DNA from: Nitrososphaeria archaeon
GTDB taxonomy: Archaea > Thermoproteota > Nitrososphaeria > Nitrososphaerales > JAAOZN01
Reading direction: 5' to 3'
Assembly (NCBI GenBank): GCA_029775855.1
Contig: JARVJZ010000006.1
Span: forward strand, 76,353-140,352
Length of the DNA stretch: 64,000 nucleotides
Position 1 is the stretch's first letter, and each line of letters begins with the position of its first letter. The position numbers and the translations under genes are program-made. Positions 27,801 to 35,543 of this stretch are shown here, one piece after another. The notes under the pieces are model-generated. The model worked only from the letters and a program-made list of their open reading frames with translations. It was not told where the DNA came from and ran no database searches.

Positions 27801-28715
27801 AAACAACCTAGCAAAGCATCCATGACAGTTTACATAGATCCCAAATACGCTGCGGCTGCGCTTAAGAGGGCTGAAGAGGAGAATAAGAGCAGATGGGCTG
27901 AGTTGAAGCCTGAGGAGCTGGAGCAAGAGAAGAATAAGATATTAAACCAGGTCGCACTTAAGGTTGCTAAGCAGATTCTATTCACTAAAGTTAACGATCT
28001 AGTAGCCAACGCTGAAGTTGACTACACAAATGAGGCAATTGTAATAAAAGTTGATAGAGATAAACTTGCTGAAAGGGACTGCACACTGGAGGAACTAAAG
28101 AAGGTAGTAGAAACTGGTAAACGCAAAGTCGAAATCGACGAGGAAAACGCTGTTTTGAGGGTTTACTTAGAGGGGCTAGACATAATCGGCTTAAACATCC
28201 AACTAGATAAAATACTGAATATGAAAGTTAAAGGCATACCAAACATCAGCAGAGTGACTGTTGAAAAAGAAGGACAGGAATGGGTCATAAGAACTTCAGG
28301 CTCAAACTTCTCAAGAACACTTAAAGTTGAAGGAGTAGACGCTACCAGAACCATAACCAACAACATCTTCGAAATAGCTCAAGTGCTAGGCATAGAAGCT
28401 GCCAGAACAGCGCTAGTAAAGGAGATCATGAGCACACTCGACGAGCAAGGACTTGAAGTAGACATTAGACACATCTATTTAATAGCTGATCTAATGACGG
28501 CAAAGGGCTCTGTACAACAGATAGGTAGGCACGGCATAGCAGGCACAAAGACCAGCGTGCTTGCAAGAGCTGCCTTTGAGATAACAGTACCAACGATAGC
28601 TGAAGCATCAGTTAAAGGTGAAGTGGAGGAACTTAGAGGTGTAACAGAGAATGTAATTGTAGGTCTGACGATACCAGTAGGCACAGGTATGGTAGACCTC
28701 TTTATGCAGAGTTGA
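24852..28715 (+). CDS. rpoA: DNA-directed RNA polymerase subunit A, A' and A'' portions fused in one ORF (Rpo1)
   Basis: 1287 aa. A'-type motifs (CATCG..[26 protein letters not shown]) run without a stop into the A''-type region ([32 protein letters not shown] ... [11 protein letters not shown]). Confidence 0.98.
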   Translation: [1287 protein letters not shown]

Positions 28716-28722
28716 GTTAAGT

Positions 28723-29043
28723 ATGAGCGAAAGAGAGCTGGGGTTAATACTCTCAAAAGCTGTCAAGACGGGCAAATGTGTCCTTGGGCTTAAAGAGGTT
28801 CAGAAGTCAGTACGAGGTTCTAAGATAGTGATCTATTCAACCCTTGCTCCCAAAGATAAACTCAAAACCCTAATCGAAGCATGTCGAGCTGCAAATGTAC
28901 CAACACTACCATATAACAAAAAGCCTTTTGAGTTAGGTTTACTATGTGGTAAGAGGTTTAGAGTTTCAGCTTTGGCTATAAAGTCGGCTGGAGATGCTGA
29001 TCTTACACCATTACTTGCCGCACAAGAAAGGGAGAAGATGTAG
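28723..29043 (+). CDS. rpl30e: 50S ribosomal protein L30e (eL30)
   Basis: 106 aa. KTGKCVLGLKEVQKSVRGSKIVIYS and ELGLLCGKRFRVSALAIKSAGDADL. In the canonical position after rpoA. Confidence 0.9.
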   Translation: MSERELGLILSKAVKTGKCVLGLKEVQKSVRGSKIVIYSTLAPKDKLKTLIEACRAANVPTLPYNKKPFELGLLCGKRFRVSALAIKSAGDADLTPLLAAQEREKM

Positions 29044-29099
29044 CTATGCTTAAATTTATCTTCTGTATGAGTGTATTTGTTGGTTAAGGTAGTGAAGGA

Positions 29100-29552
29100 G
29101 TGGGCATGGCTGCACAGAGAATCAAGTTAACATCTGAAGAACTAGGATTAATGTCTCTTTTTCAAAATGTGACTGGCGCTGGAGTTAGAGACTGTGTCAT
29201 AGACAACAAGAATGGGCGAGTCATCTATGTGGTTAACCCAGGGGAGATGGGAAAGGCTATAGGCAAAAATGGTATAGTTGTTAAGACGCTTCAGAAGCTG
29301 GTAGGTAAACCTGTTGAACTCGTTGAATACTCTGAAGATCCTAAGACCTTTATCAAGAACGCTCTTGACCCAAAGCATGTTATTGATGTGCGTCTTACAG
29401 AGAAGCTGGATGGGTCGAAGATAGCGGTAGTTGTAGTGGCTGCTAAAAAGAAGAGCGCAGTCGTTGGTAGAAATGGTAAGAACGCTGAGAAGGCTAGACT
29501 TTTAGCTAAACGCTACTTTCAAATCTCAAATGTTCATATAGTTTCACAGTAA
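29100..29552 (+). CDS. nusA: Archaeal NusA-like KH-domain transcription termination/antitermination protein
   Basis: 150 aa. LTSEELGLMSLFQNVTGAGVRDCV plus two KH-like GxxG segments (GKAIGKNG, VVGRNGKN). Canonical position after rpl30e. The start may be ATG 29106. Confidence 0.85.
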   Translation: MGMAAQRIKLTSEELGLMSLFQNVTGAGVRDCVIDNKNGRVIYVVNPGEMGKAIGKNGIVVKTLQKLVGKPVELVEYSEDPKTFIKNALDPKHVIDVRLTEKLDGSKIAVVVVAAKKKSAVVGRNGKNAEKARLLAKRYFQISNVHIVSQ

Positions 29553-29565
29553 GGAGGCTATATAC

Positions 29566-30354
29566 TCATAAACCTTCGTCTAAGAAGGCTAAGACTACTT
29601 TAGCGAAATACTCCGGCATCTGATCCACCAGAGCAACTGTGCCACCTACAATTGGCAACATTTCACTGTTCTTTATGGCGTTTGCCACACGCTGCATATG
29701 TGGATAAGAGAAGGGGTCTTCAGTGCCGCAGATTACTAATGTGGGGCATTTTACAAGAGGCGCTTTATCCTCCATCCTATAGTTTGAGACAGCGATGTGC
29801 CCTTCAAATGCTTTTTCTCCAGCTTTGATGGCGTCGACTATAAAGCGCATAAGTAGATCTGGTCTATTTGGAGGGTAGAATGGTTGCCTACCTCGCCATA
29901 ACTCAATTAAATGTGAACCATCCTCTTTTATTTCATAGTAGTCTATGACTTTTTTGCCTTTCCTTCTACGCCTCTCTTCTTCATCTATGTATGGTATGGC
30001 TGATAATACAAGCTTCTCTACACGCTCAGGGTAGCTTGCAGCAACCTCGAGGGCTATTACTCCTCCTGTGTGATGCCCAACTAAACTCGCCTTTTCGATA
30101 CCAATATGATTTAAGAAGGTGATAACACCTTGGGCATAATCTTCTATGCTGCAGCTCTTTTTTGGCTTATATGAATCTCCGAATCCTATTGTGTCCATAG
30201 CTATAGCGTGATACCTTTGTCCAATTATAGGTAGAACATCTAGGTATTCGTCTGAAGACCTTGGTGTCTGATGGAGCAGTAAAACGGGTTTACCTACCCC
30301 ATCTTCTCGATAATGTATCTGCCCTTCTGCGGTATCTACAAACCCCCTCCGCAT
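29566..30354 (-). CDS. Alpha/beta-hydrolase-fold protein with non-canonical catalytic positions
   Basis: 262 aa. PVLLLHQTPRSS and MDTIGFGDS fit the fold, but the nucleophile elbow reads GHHTGG (see findings). Confidence 0.7.
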   Translation of the reverse strand: MRRGFVDTAEGQIHYREDGVGKPVLLLHQTPRSSDEYLDVLPIIGQRYHAIAMDTIGFGDSYKPKKSCSIEDYAQGVITFLNHIGIEKASLVGHHTGGVIALEVAASYPERVEKLVLSAIPYIDEEERRRRKGKKVIDYYEIKEDGSHLIELWRGRQPFYPPNRPDLLMRFIVDAIKAGEKAFEGHIAVSNYRMEDKAPLVKCPTLVICGTEDPFSYPHMQRVANAIKNSEMLPIVGGTVALVDQMPEYFAKVVLAFLDEGL

Positions 30355-30469
30355 AGTTAGACTAAGCCATCAAAGAATAGATAAACTTACGCATCTCTGT
30401 TAATGCTTAACTAAAGGTATATATGAGGGGGTTATCGTCAGCTAGTGTGGTTTAGGGCGAAAGGTAACC

Positions 30470-30640
30470 TTGGGCTTGAGAAATTTCATAACTTCGGCTT
30501 GGCAGACGCTGAAGCTAGCTAAGAAGTCCAGTAGAGAGGAGTTCCTACTCTACCTTAAACTAGTGTTTTTAGGACTTTTTGCAGTGGGAAGTGTAGGTTT
30601 CTTAATCCTCTTTGTAAGTGCTCTTATAAAATTAGGCTAA
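30470..30640 (+). CDS. secE: Preprotein translocase subunit SecE (Sec61-gamma)
   Basis: Not in the track (56 aa, TTG start at 30470 or 30476). My translation is LGLRNFITSAWQTLKLAKKSSREEFLLYLKLVFLGLFAVGSVGFLILFVSALIKLG*: an amphipathic N-terminus, the KKxxREEF motif and a single C-terminal TM. In the canonical position immediately upstream of spt5/nusG. Confidence 0.7.
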   Translation: MGLRNFITSAWQTLKLAKKSSREEFLLYLKLVFLGLFAVGSVGFLILFVSALIKLG

Positions 30641-30654
30641 GATAGGATGGTAAA

Positions 30655-31140
30655 TTGGATCAATCTAAAAGTGGAGCAGCTGTAGGTTCAAGGTTCTTCG
30701 CGGTCAAGACTACGGGAGGGCAAGAAAAGACCGTGGCTAACTATGCTTACAACACGCTTATTCGGAGACCTAAGCCAATATACTCTATTCTTGTATTAGA
30801 GGGTGTGAGGGGATATGTTTTATTTGAAGCACCTAATGCGCAAGTAGTTATCGAGACGGTCACGGGATTCAAACATGTGAGGAGCACAGTTCAGGGGATG
30901 ATGCTCTTTAGCGACATAGAGAGGTTCCTCGTGTCAAAACCAACTATATCTGAGTTGAATGTTAACGATATTGTTGAAATAGTTGCAGGTCCATTCAAAG
31001 GCATGAAGGCGAGGATAGATAGGCTAGAGGTCTCTAGAGGAGAAGCCACAATAGTCTTACTTGACGCACCATATCAACTCCCTGTCACTGTTGACGCTAA
31101 CTATTTGAAGCTACTTAAGAAGACAGAAAGAGGAGAATAA
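30655..31140 (+). CDS. spt5: Transcription elongation factor Spt5 (NusG)
   Basis: 161 aa. FFAVKTTGGQEKTVA (NGN domain) and a C-terminal KOW (IVEIVAGPFKGMKARI). Confidence 0.9.
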   Translation: MDQSKSGAAVGSRFFAVKTTGGQEKTVANYAYNTLIRRPKPIYSILVLEGVRGYVLFEAPNAQVVIETVTGFKHVRSTVQGMMLFSDIERFLVSKPTISELNVNDIVEIVAGPFKGMKARIDRLEVSRGEATIVLLDAPYQLPVTVDANYLKLLKKTERGE

Positions 31141-31143
31141 GAT

Positions 31144-31632
31144 ATGGGTGAGCAGAAGACCGTCATGGCGTTAATAGTCGGCGGAGAAGCTAACGCAGGC
31201 CCACCATTAGGCCCAGCGCTAGGTCCTCTTGGGGTCAATGTTATGGCTGTAGTCAAGAAGATCAATGAAGCTACAAGCAGCTACAAAGGGATGAGAGTCC
31301 CAGTTAAGATAACGGTAGACACAGAGACGAAGAGTTTCGAAGTAGAAGTAGGCACACCTACTACATCAGCGCTGCTTGTTAAGGAGGCTGGGATAGAGAA
31401 AGGCGCGAGCAACCCTAAAGCTAACTTCGTAGGCAACTTAACTAGAGAGCAGGTAGTTTCGATAGCAAAGGTGAAGATGGGAGATTCATATGCGTCTAAG
31501 CTTAAGTCAGCGGTAAAAGAGGTTCTAGGCTCTTGTGTGAGCATGGGAATAAAGGTTGGAAACAAAGATCCTAGAGAAGTGCTAAAGGAAGTCGATAGTG
31601 GTGGGTGGGACGACATACTATCTAAGGGATAA
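31144..31632 (+). CDS. rpl11: 50S ribosomal protein L11 (uL11)
   Basis: 162 aa. GGEANAGPPLGPALGPLGVNVM is the uL11 hallmark. Confidence 0.95.
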   Translation: MGEQKTVMALIVGGEANAGPPLGPALGPLGVNVMAVVKKINEATSSYKGMRVPVKITVDTETKSFEVEVGTPTTSALLVKEAGIEKGASNPKANFVGNLTREQVVSIAKVKMGDSYASKLKSAVKEVLGSCVSMGIKVGNKDPREVLKEVDSGGWDDILSKG

Positions 31633-31689
31633 CAAGCTTTTATAACCCCAGTTTAGCCACACCACATACATTAAAGAGGGTGTTTAAGA

Positions 31690-32337
31690 ATGCTGAATGC
31701 TGAGAGCGTAAAGCAGCTCGTTCAAGAAGCTAGGAGGAAAGCTGCTAAAAGAAACTTTAATCAAGCCTTTGAGCTTATCTTAACATTTAAGGATCTGAAT
31801 CCTAAGCAGCCCATAAACATAAATGAGATTGTCTTTCTTCCGCATCCCTTTGAAAAAAGACCTAAGATCTGTGTGATTGCTTCTGGCGACTTTGCTTTAA
31901 GGGCACGCAATTCGGGTGCTGATCTCGTCATAGAAGGTGACGAGTTGGATAGGCTTGCTAACCAGAAGAGAGAGATTAGAAAGCTCGCTTCGAACTATGA
32001 CTTCTTCTTGGCTGAGGCTTCGCTTATGCCGAAGGTGGGTAAGATTCTTGGGCAATATTTTGGTCCAAGAGGGAAGATGCCTACTCCTATAGCTCCTAAT
32101 GCTCCGTTAGAGCAGATCTTGGAGAGATATCGTAGTGCTGTTAGAGTTAGGAGTAGAAATCAGCTCGCTGCAGCTTGTAAAGTTGGTGATGAGAAGATGG
32201 CTGACGAGAGAATCATAGATAACGCTTTAGCTGTGGCTGATGCGGTTGTTAAGAAGCTACCTTTAGGTTTAAAGAATATTGGTGGGGTGCTTGTAAAGCT
32301 GACTATGAGCCCCCCAGCCGCCTTTAAGGTTAAGTGA
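31690..32337 (+). CDS. rpl1: 50S ribosomal protein L1 (uL1)
   Basis: 215 aa. F.Q.FELILTFKDL, LPHP, GPRGKMPTP. Canonical position. Confidence 0.95.
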   Translation: MLNAESVKQLVQEARRKAAKRNFNQAFELILTFKDLNPKQPININEIVFLPHPFEKRPKICVIASGDFALRARNSGADLVIEGDELDRLANQKREIRKLASNYDFFLAEASLMPKVGKILGQYFGPRGKMPTPIAPNAPLEQILERYRSAVRVRSRNQLAAACKVGDEKMADERIIDNALAVADAVVKKLPLGLKNIGGVLVKLTMSPPAAFKVK

Positions 32338-33206
32338 TGAATATGTCTAAAGTTAGACTTGAATACCCAGCAAGAAAAGTAGAGGCATTAACTAAGCTTG
32401 AAGAGCTGATCTCACATTCAAGCGTTATAGCTTTAGCTAAGCTGAATAAGGTAAGAGCTTCCCAGCTGATGAATCTTAGAAAGAAGCTAGCTGGTCAAGT
32501 TCAATTTCTGGTTGCTAAGAATAATCTGGCTAAAAAGGCGTTAAAGAAGCTTAAGAACTCTGAGGACTTCTTGAATCTCCTTGAAGGGCAGAATCTGCTT
32601 ATATTTACAAACATGAACCCCTTTAAACTTAGTTTGATTTTGGAGAAGAATAAGGTGTATCTCCCCGCACGCGCTGGCGATGTCGCTACAGATCCCATAA
32701 TGGTGCCTGCTGGCAACACAGGTTTACCCCCTGGGCCAGTATTAAGTGAGTTTAAGGAGTGTGGTGTGCCTACTAGGATAGATAGTGGAAGCATATGGGT
32801 TGCTAAAGATACGGTAGTTAGACAGAGAGGTGAGGTTATTTCTCTTAAGCTTGCTAGTCTGCTTGCTAAGCTTGGTATAAAACCGATTAGAGCGGGCATA
32901 TCGATATACGCTGCTTATACAGATGGTATGATATTACGCGAAGAAGATCTAAGGCTTGACTTGGAGGAATATAGTAAGCAGATTAGCGGGTTGCATTCTC
33001 AAGCTTTGGCTCTGGCGGTTGAGGTAGGTTATGCTTGTAGGGAGAGCTTACCGCTGATTATAGTTAAAGCTGTGCAGCAGAGTGTTGCGTTAGCCTTCTC
33101 AGCCGGCTATCCAGCTGATAAATCGACGACAGAAAGGATTATTGGTGATGCGTATCTGAAGGCGTCAGCTTTAATGAAAGAGCTTGCTAAGAGGGGGTAT
33201 TCTTAA
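32334..33206 (+). CDS. rplP0: 50S ribosomal stalk protein P0 (uL10), lacking the usual acidic C-terminal tail
   Basis: 290 aa, GTG start overlapping the rpl1 stop. uL10 N-domain (SQLMNLRKKL....FLVAKNNL), then three spine-helix-like segments. It ends ..LMKELAKRGYS without an Ala/Glu/Lys hinge or LFG terminus. Confidence 0.88.
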   Translation: MMNMSKVRLEYPARKVEALTKLEELISHSSVIALAKLNKVRASQLMNLRKKLAGQVQFLVAKNNLAKKALKKLKNSEDFLNLLEGQNLLIFTNMNPFKLSLILEKNKVYLPARAGDVATDPIMVPAGNTGLPPGPVLSEFKECGVPTRIDSGSIWVAKDTVVRQRGEVISLKLASLLAKLGIKPIRAGISIYAAYTDGMILREEDLRLDLEEYSKQISGLHSQALALAVEVGYACRESLPLIIVKAVQQSVALAFSAGYPADKSTTERIIGDAYLKASALMKELAKRGYS

Positions 33207-33214
33207 GAGGGGTT

Positions 33215-33529
33215 TTAGCCGAAGAGCGAAGCTAGACCAGCTAGCGCTTCTTCTTCACCCTTCTTTTCCTCTTCCTTCTTCTCTTCTTTAGCTGGTGCAG
33301 CCGGTGCTTGTGTTGGTGCTTGTGCTGGAGCTGCTGGTGCTGTGATAGGTGTTAGCGTTGCGTTCTTTAATGCTTCCTCGATGTTGATTTCTGAGAGAGC
33401 TGAGACTAATGCCTTTACCTTTACTTCGTTAGGGGTTATACCCGCTGCTGCGATTACCTTCTTTATATTTTCTTCATTTATAGGCTGCTGTAGCCTATGC
33501 AGGAGCAGAGCAGCGTATATGTATTCCAT
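33215..33529 (-). CDS. rpl12: 50S ribosomal stalk protein P1 (archaeal L12)
   Basis: 104 aa. [11 protein letters not shown]..., a [16 protein letters not shown] hinge and [24 protein letters not shown] tail. Encoded on the opposite strand to rplP0. Confidence 0.92.
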   Translation of the reverse strand: MEYIYAALLLHRLQQPINEENIKKVIAAAGITPNEVKVKALVSALSEINIEEALKNATLTPITAPAAPAQAPTQAPAAPAKEEKKEEEKKGEEEALAGLASLFG

Positions 33530-33608
33530 AGACCTTCGTCATCTGCTCGGGGATGCGGGTTGACTATTTAAGAGTTTTGAGCATCATAAACCTATCCTTA
33601 GAAGCGCA

Positions 33609-33655
33609 TCAACCTAATTGGAAAATGAGTCGCTAACCTGAGAATCTTAGGTTGA
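33609..33655. repeat. Perfect 9-bp inverted repeat (TCAACCTAA / TTAGGTTGA) with 29-nt spacer
   Basis: Read directly: 33609-33617 and 33647-33655. The right arm overlaps the nucS stop codon (33647-33649, minus strand). Lies between nucS and rpl12. Confidence 0.5.
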
Positions 33656-34441
33656 CTTATCACTCTGCTCTAAAAGGGAAGTCTTCATCCGCTCTTTGTG
33701 TGCGGCTACACATTTACTTAGGTCTATCTTCTTGAACTCGATGCCAAGTAAAGTGGCAAGCCTACTTGCTTCTGAGCTGATGGATGGGGCGGCGATTATC
33801 CCTCTGACAGAGGCGCCTTTACCCTTGAAGCCTGACAGATATTTGTATGCCTGCTTCACAGCTTTTACATCAACAGTCCTCCTCTTAACTTCAACTATAG
33901 TGTATCTACCTTGGTTGTCATAGCCGGTAAAGTCAGCTACTCCTGCGTCGATTCGGCGTTGCTGAGAAAGTATTCTAAATCCTGGCTCTAATATATCTGG
34001 ATTTGAGGATATGGTCTCATACATTTCGTCTTCGCTTAGGTGCATCTCGAATTCCGCTTCATCTACAAGCTTTAGGCTTGTTAGCAGCGTGATGTCTCTA
34101 AAGGAAATAGTAAGTGTTTCTTGATGCTCCTTCCTATAAGATTTGATAACCAAGAGCCCGCCTTCCTGTTTAATTGTAAATATGCTTCCGGGAGGCTGCC
34201 AGTTTACAGCTTCAAATCCTTTTGCTCGATGTATGAGCAGTGAGCCGTCTTGCTTTATTAGTAGTACCCGCTCTCCCCAATCGAGTTTAGATGCTGCTCG
34301 CCCAACATAATCTACTTTACATAATCCAGTGACTATGATAAAGCGCTTTTTTGATAGGGATTCTTTTAGTAGGTTGTATGCGTCTTCTACCGTTGGTTGA
34401 AGAATCCAGCTGACTTTTTCATTCAACCCTACACTTAACAC
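33647..34441 (-). CDS. nucS: Endonuclease NucS (EndoMS, mismatch-specific RecB-like nuclease)
   Basis: 264 aa. N-domain CKVDYVGRAASKLDWGERVLLIKQDGSLLIH....VNWQPPGS. C-terminal RecB-like motif GVADFTGYDNQGRYTIVEVKRR...AVKQAYKYL. Confidence 0.85.
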   Translation of the reverse strand: MLSVGLNEKVSWILQPTVEDAYNLLKESLSKKRFIIVTGLCKVDYVGRAASKLDWGERVLLIKQDGSLLIHRAKGFEAVNWQPPGSIFTIKQEGGLLVIKSYRKEHQETLTISFRDITLLTSLKLVDEAEFEMHLSEDEMYETISSNPDILEPGFRILSQQRRIDAGVADFTGYDNQGRYTIVEVKRRTVDVKAVKQAYKYLSGFKGKGASVRGIIAAPSISSEASRLATLLGIEFKKIDLSKCVAAHKERMKTSLLEQSDKST

Positions 34442-34483
34442 ATAATTTGGCTAAAAGGCTTATCTGCTTAACATATTCAACTT

Positions 34484-35191
34484 ATGAAGGGAGTAAAAGT
34501 GGGCGCAAGTGTCTTCAGCATCCCCACTGGCGTCAGAGGTTTAGATAAAATGCTGTTAGGCGGTCTACAACTAGGCACCGTATCCGACTTCTTTGGCGTC
34601 AGCGGGGTAGGTAAGACACAGCTATGCCTACAAGTCTCAGCTTTAACCGCGGCTCCAAAAGAGAAGGGCGGGTTAGACTCACTAGTATTATATGTCGATC
34701 CAACCGGCTCTTTTAGACCAGAGCGGCTTAAGGAGTTAGCTGAAGCGCGTAATTTAGACGCTAACAAGGCGCTCTCGCAGATATATGTGTATGAACCTAG
34801 GGTGATGGAGGAGCAGATAGCTTTGCTTAACCAAATTAAGAAGATGGATAGAAAACCTATGCTGGTTGTTGTCGATAGTGTTGCAGAACTTTTTTTAGCA
34901 AGCGAAGACGCTTCTATAAGAGGCATGTTAGGCAGACATCTGCATTCGCTCTGCTTAACAGCCCTAAAGGATAATATGGCTTTCCTTTTAACTAATTCTG
35001 TGAGGACAAGATTAGACAAAGGGGGCTTAACTGTTGAAGCTGGAGGAAACATTATGGCTCAAGGCGCACACTTTAGAATAAAACTATCTAAAAAGTTGGA
35101 GAGGCTGTTTTCAGCTGAGGCTGTTCAACCACCTCTAAGACCTAGAGAAGTGTATTATAAGATTACTACTGCTGGGTTGGTTGACGCTTAA
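34484..35191 (+). CDS. radB: RadA-paralog recombinase RadB (RecA-fold ATPase without the N-terminal HhH domain)
   Basis: 235 aa. IPTGVRGLDKMLLGGLQLGTVSDFFGVSGVGKTQLCLQ (Walker A), LVVVDSV (Walker B). Confidence 0.75.
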   Translation: MKGVKVGASVFSIPTGVRGLDKMLLGGLQLGTVSDFFGVSGVGKTQLCLQVSALTAAPKEKGGLDSLVLYVDPTGSFRPERLKELAEARNLDANKALSQIYVYEPRVMEEQIALLNQIKKMDRKPMLVVVDSVAELFLASEDASIRGMLGRHLHSLCLTALKDNMAFLLTNSVRTRLDKGGLTVEAGGNIMAQGAHFRIKLSKKLERLFSAEAVQPPLRPREVYYKITTAGLVDA

Positions 35192-35543
35192 ATTGGATAC
35201 CTTAGATCCGGCTACGGAGCAGTTTCTTGCATACATATTGGCTAAACGCTATAGTGAGGCTAAGGATATTGTGTTGAACACTTCTCTGTGGTCTGGTTCA
35301 GAGAGGTTAATCGGTAGGAGGGCTGGTTGTTTAGGTCTTATCTCGAAGATTGCTCAGAGGGCAGATGATTTTTTTAACACTCAGTGGTTTGCCGAGTTAA
35401 AACAGATGCTTCTTAGACTTCAATCATCATTTGACTGCGACGAATTTGAGAAGGGCTACATCGATGTCTGGCTAAAGTTCATCGACAATAGTTTAAGCGG
35501 CGAAGAAGAGGGTGTTAAGGAGAATCCAAGTGAAGAGGAATAG
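35181..35543 (+). CDS. Hypothetical protein with acidic C-terminus
   Basis: 120-aa ORF with a TTG start overlapping the radB end by 11 nt. No motif recognised. Confidence 0.4.
   Translation: MTLKLDTLDPATEQFLAYILAKRYSEAKDIVLNTSLWSGSERLIGRRAGCLGLISKIAQRADDFFNTQWFAELKQMLLRLQSSFDCDEFEKGYIDVWLKFIDNSLSGEEEGVKENPSEEE

Noticed and set aside
33291-33345. Short GCTGGTGC-type repeats that look like a microsatellite
   Set aside because: They encode, on the minus strand, the Ala/Pro-rich hinge of ribosomal protein P1. This is coding low complexity, not a repeat element or CRISPR.
34477-35052. 191-aa minus-strand ORF covering most of radB
   Set aside because: It is antisense to a gene with clear RecA-fold Walker A/B motifs. 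Its own translation is low-complexity Ser/Leu/Pro-rich with no motif. This is a typical shadow ORF.
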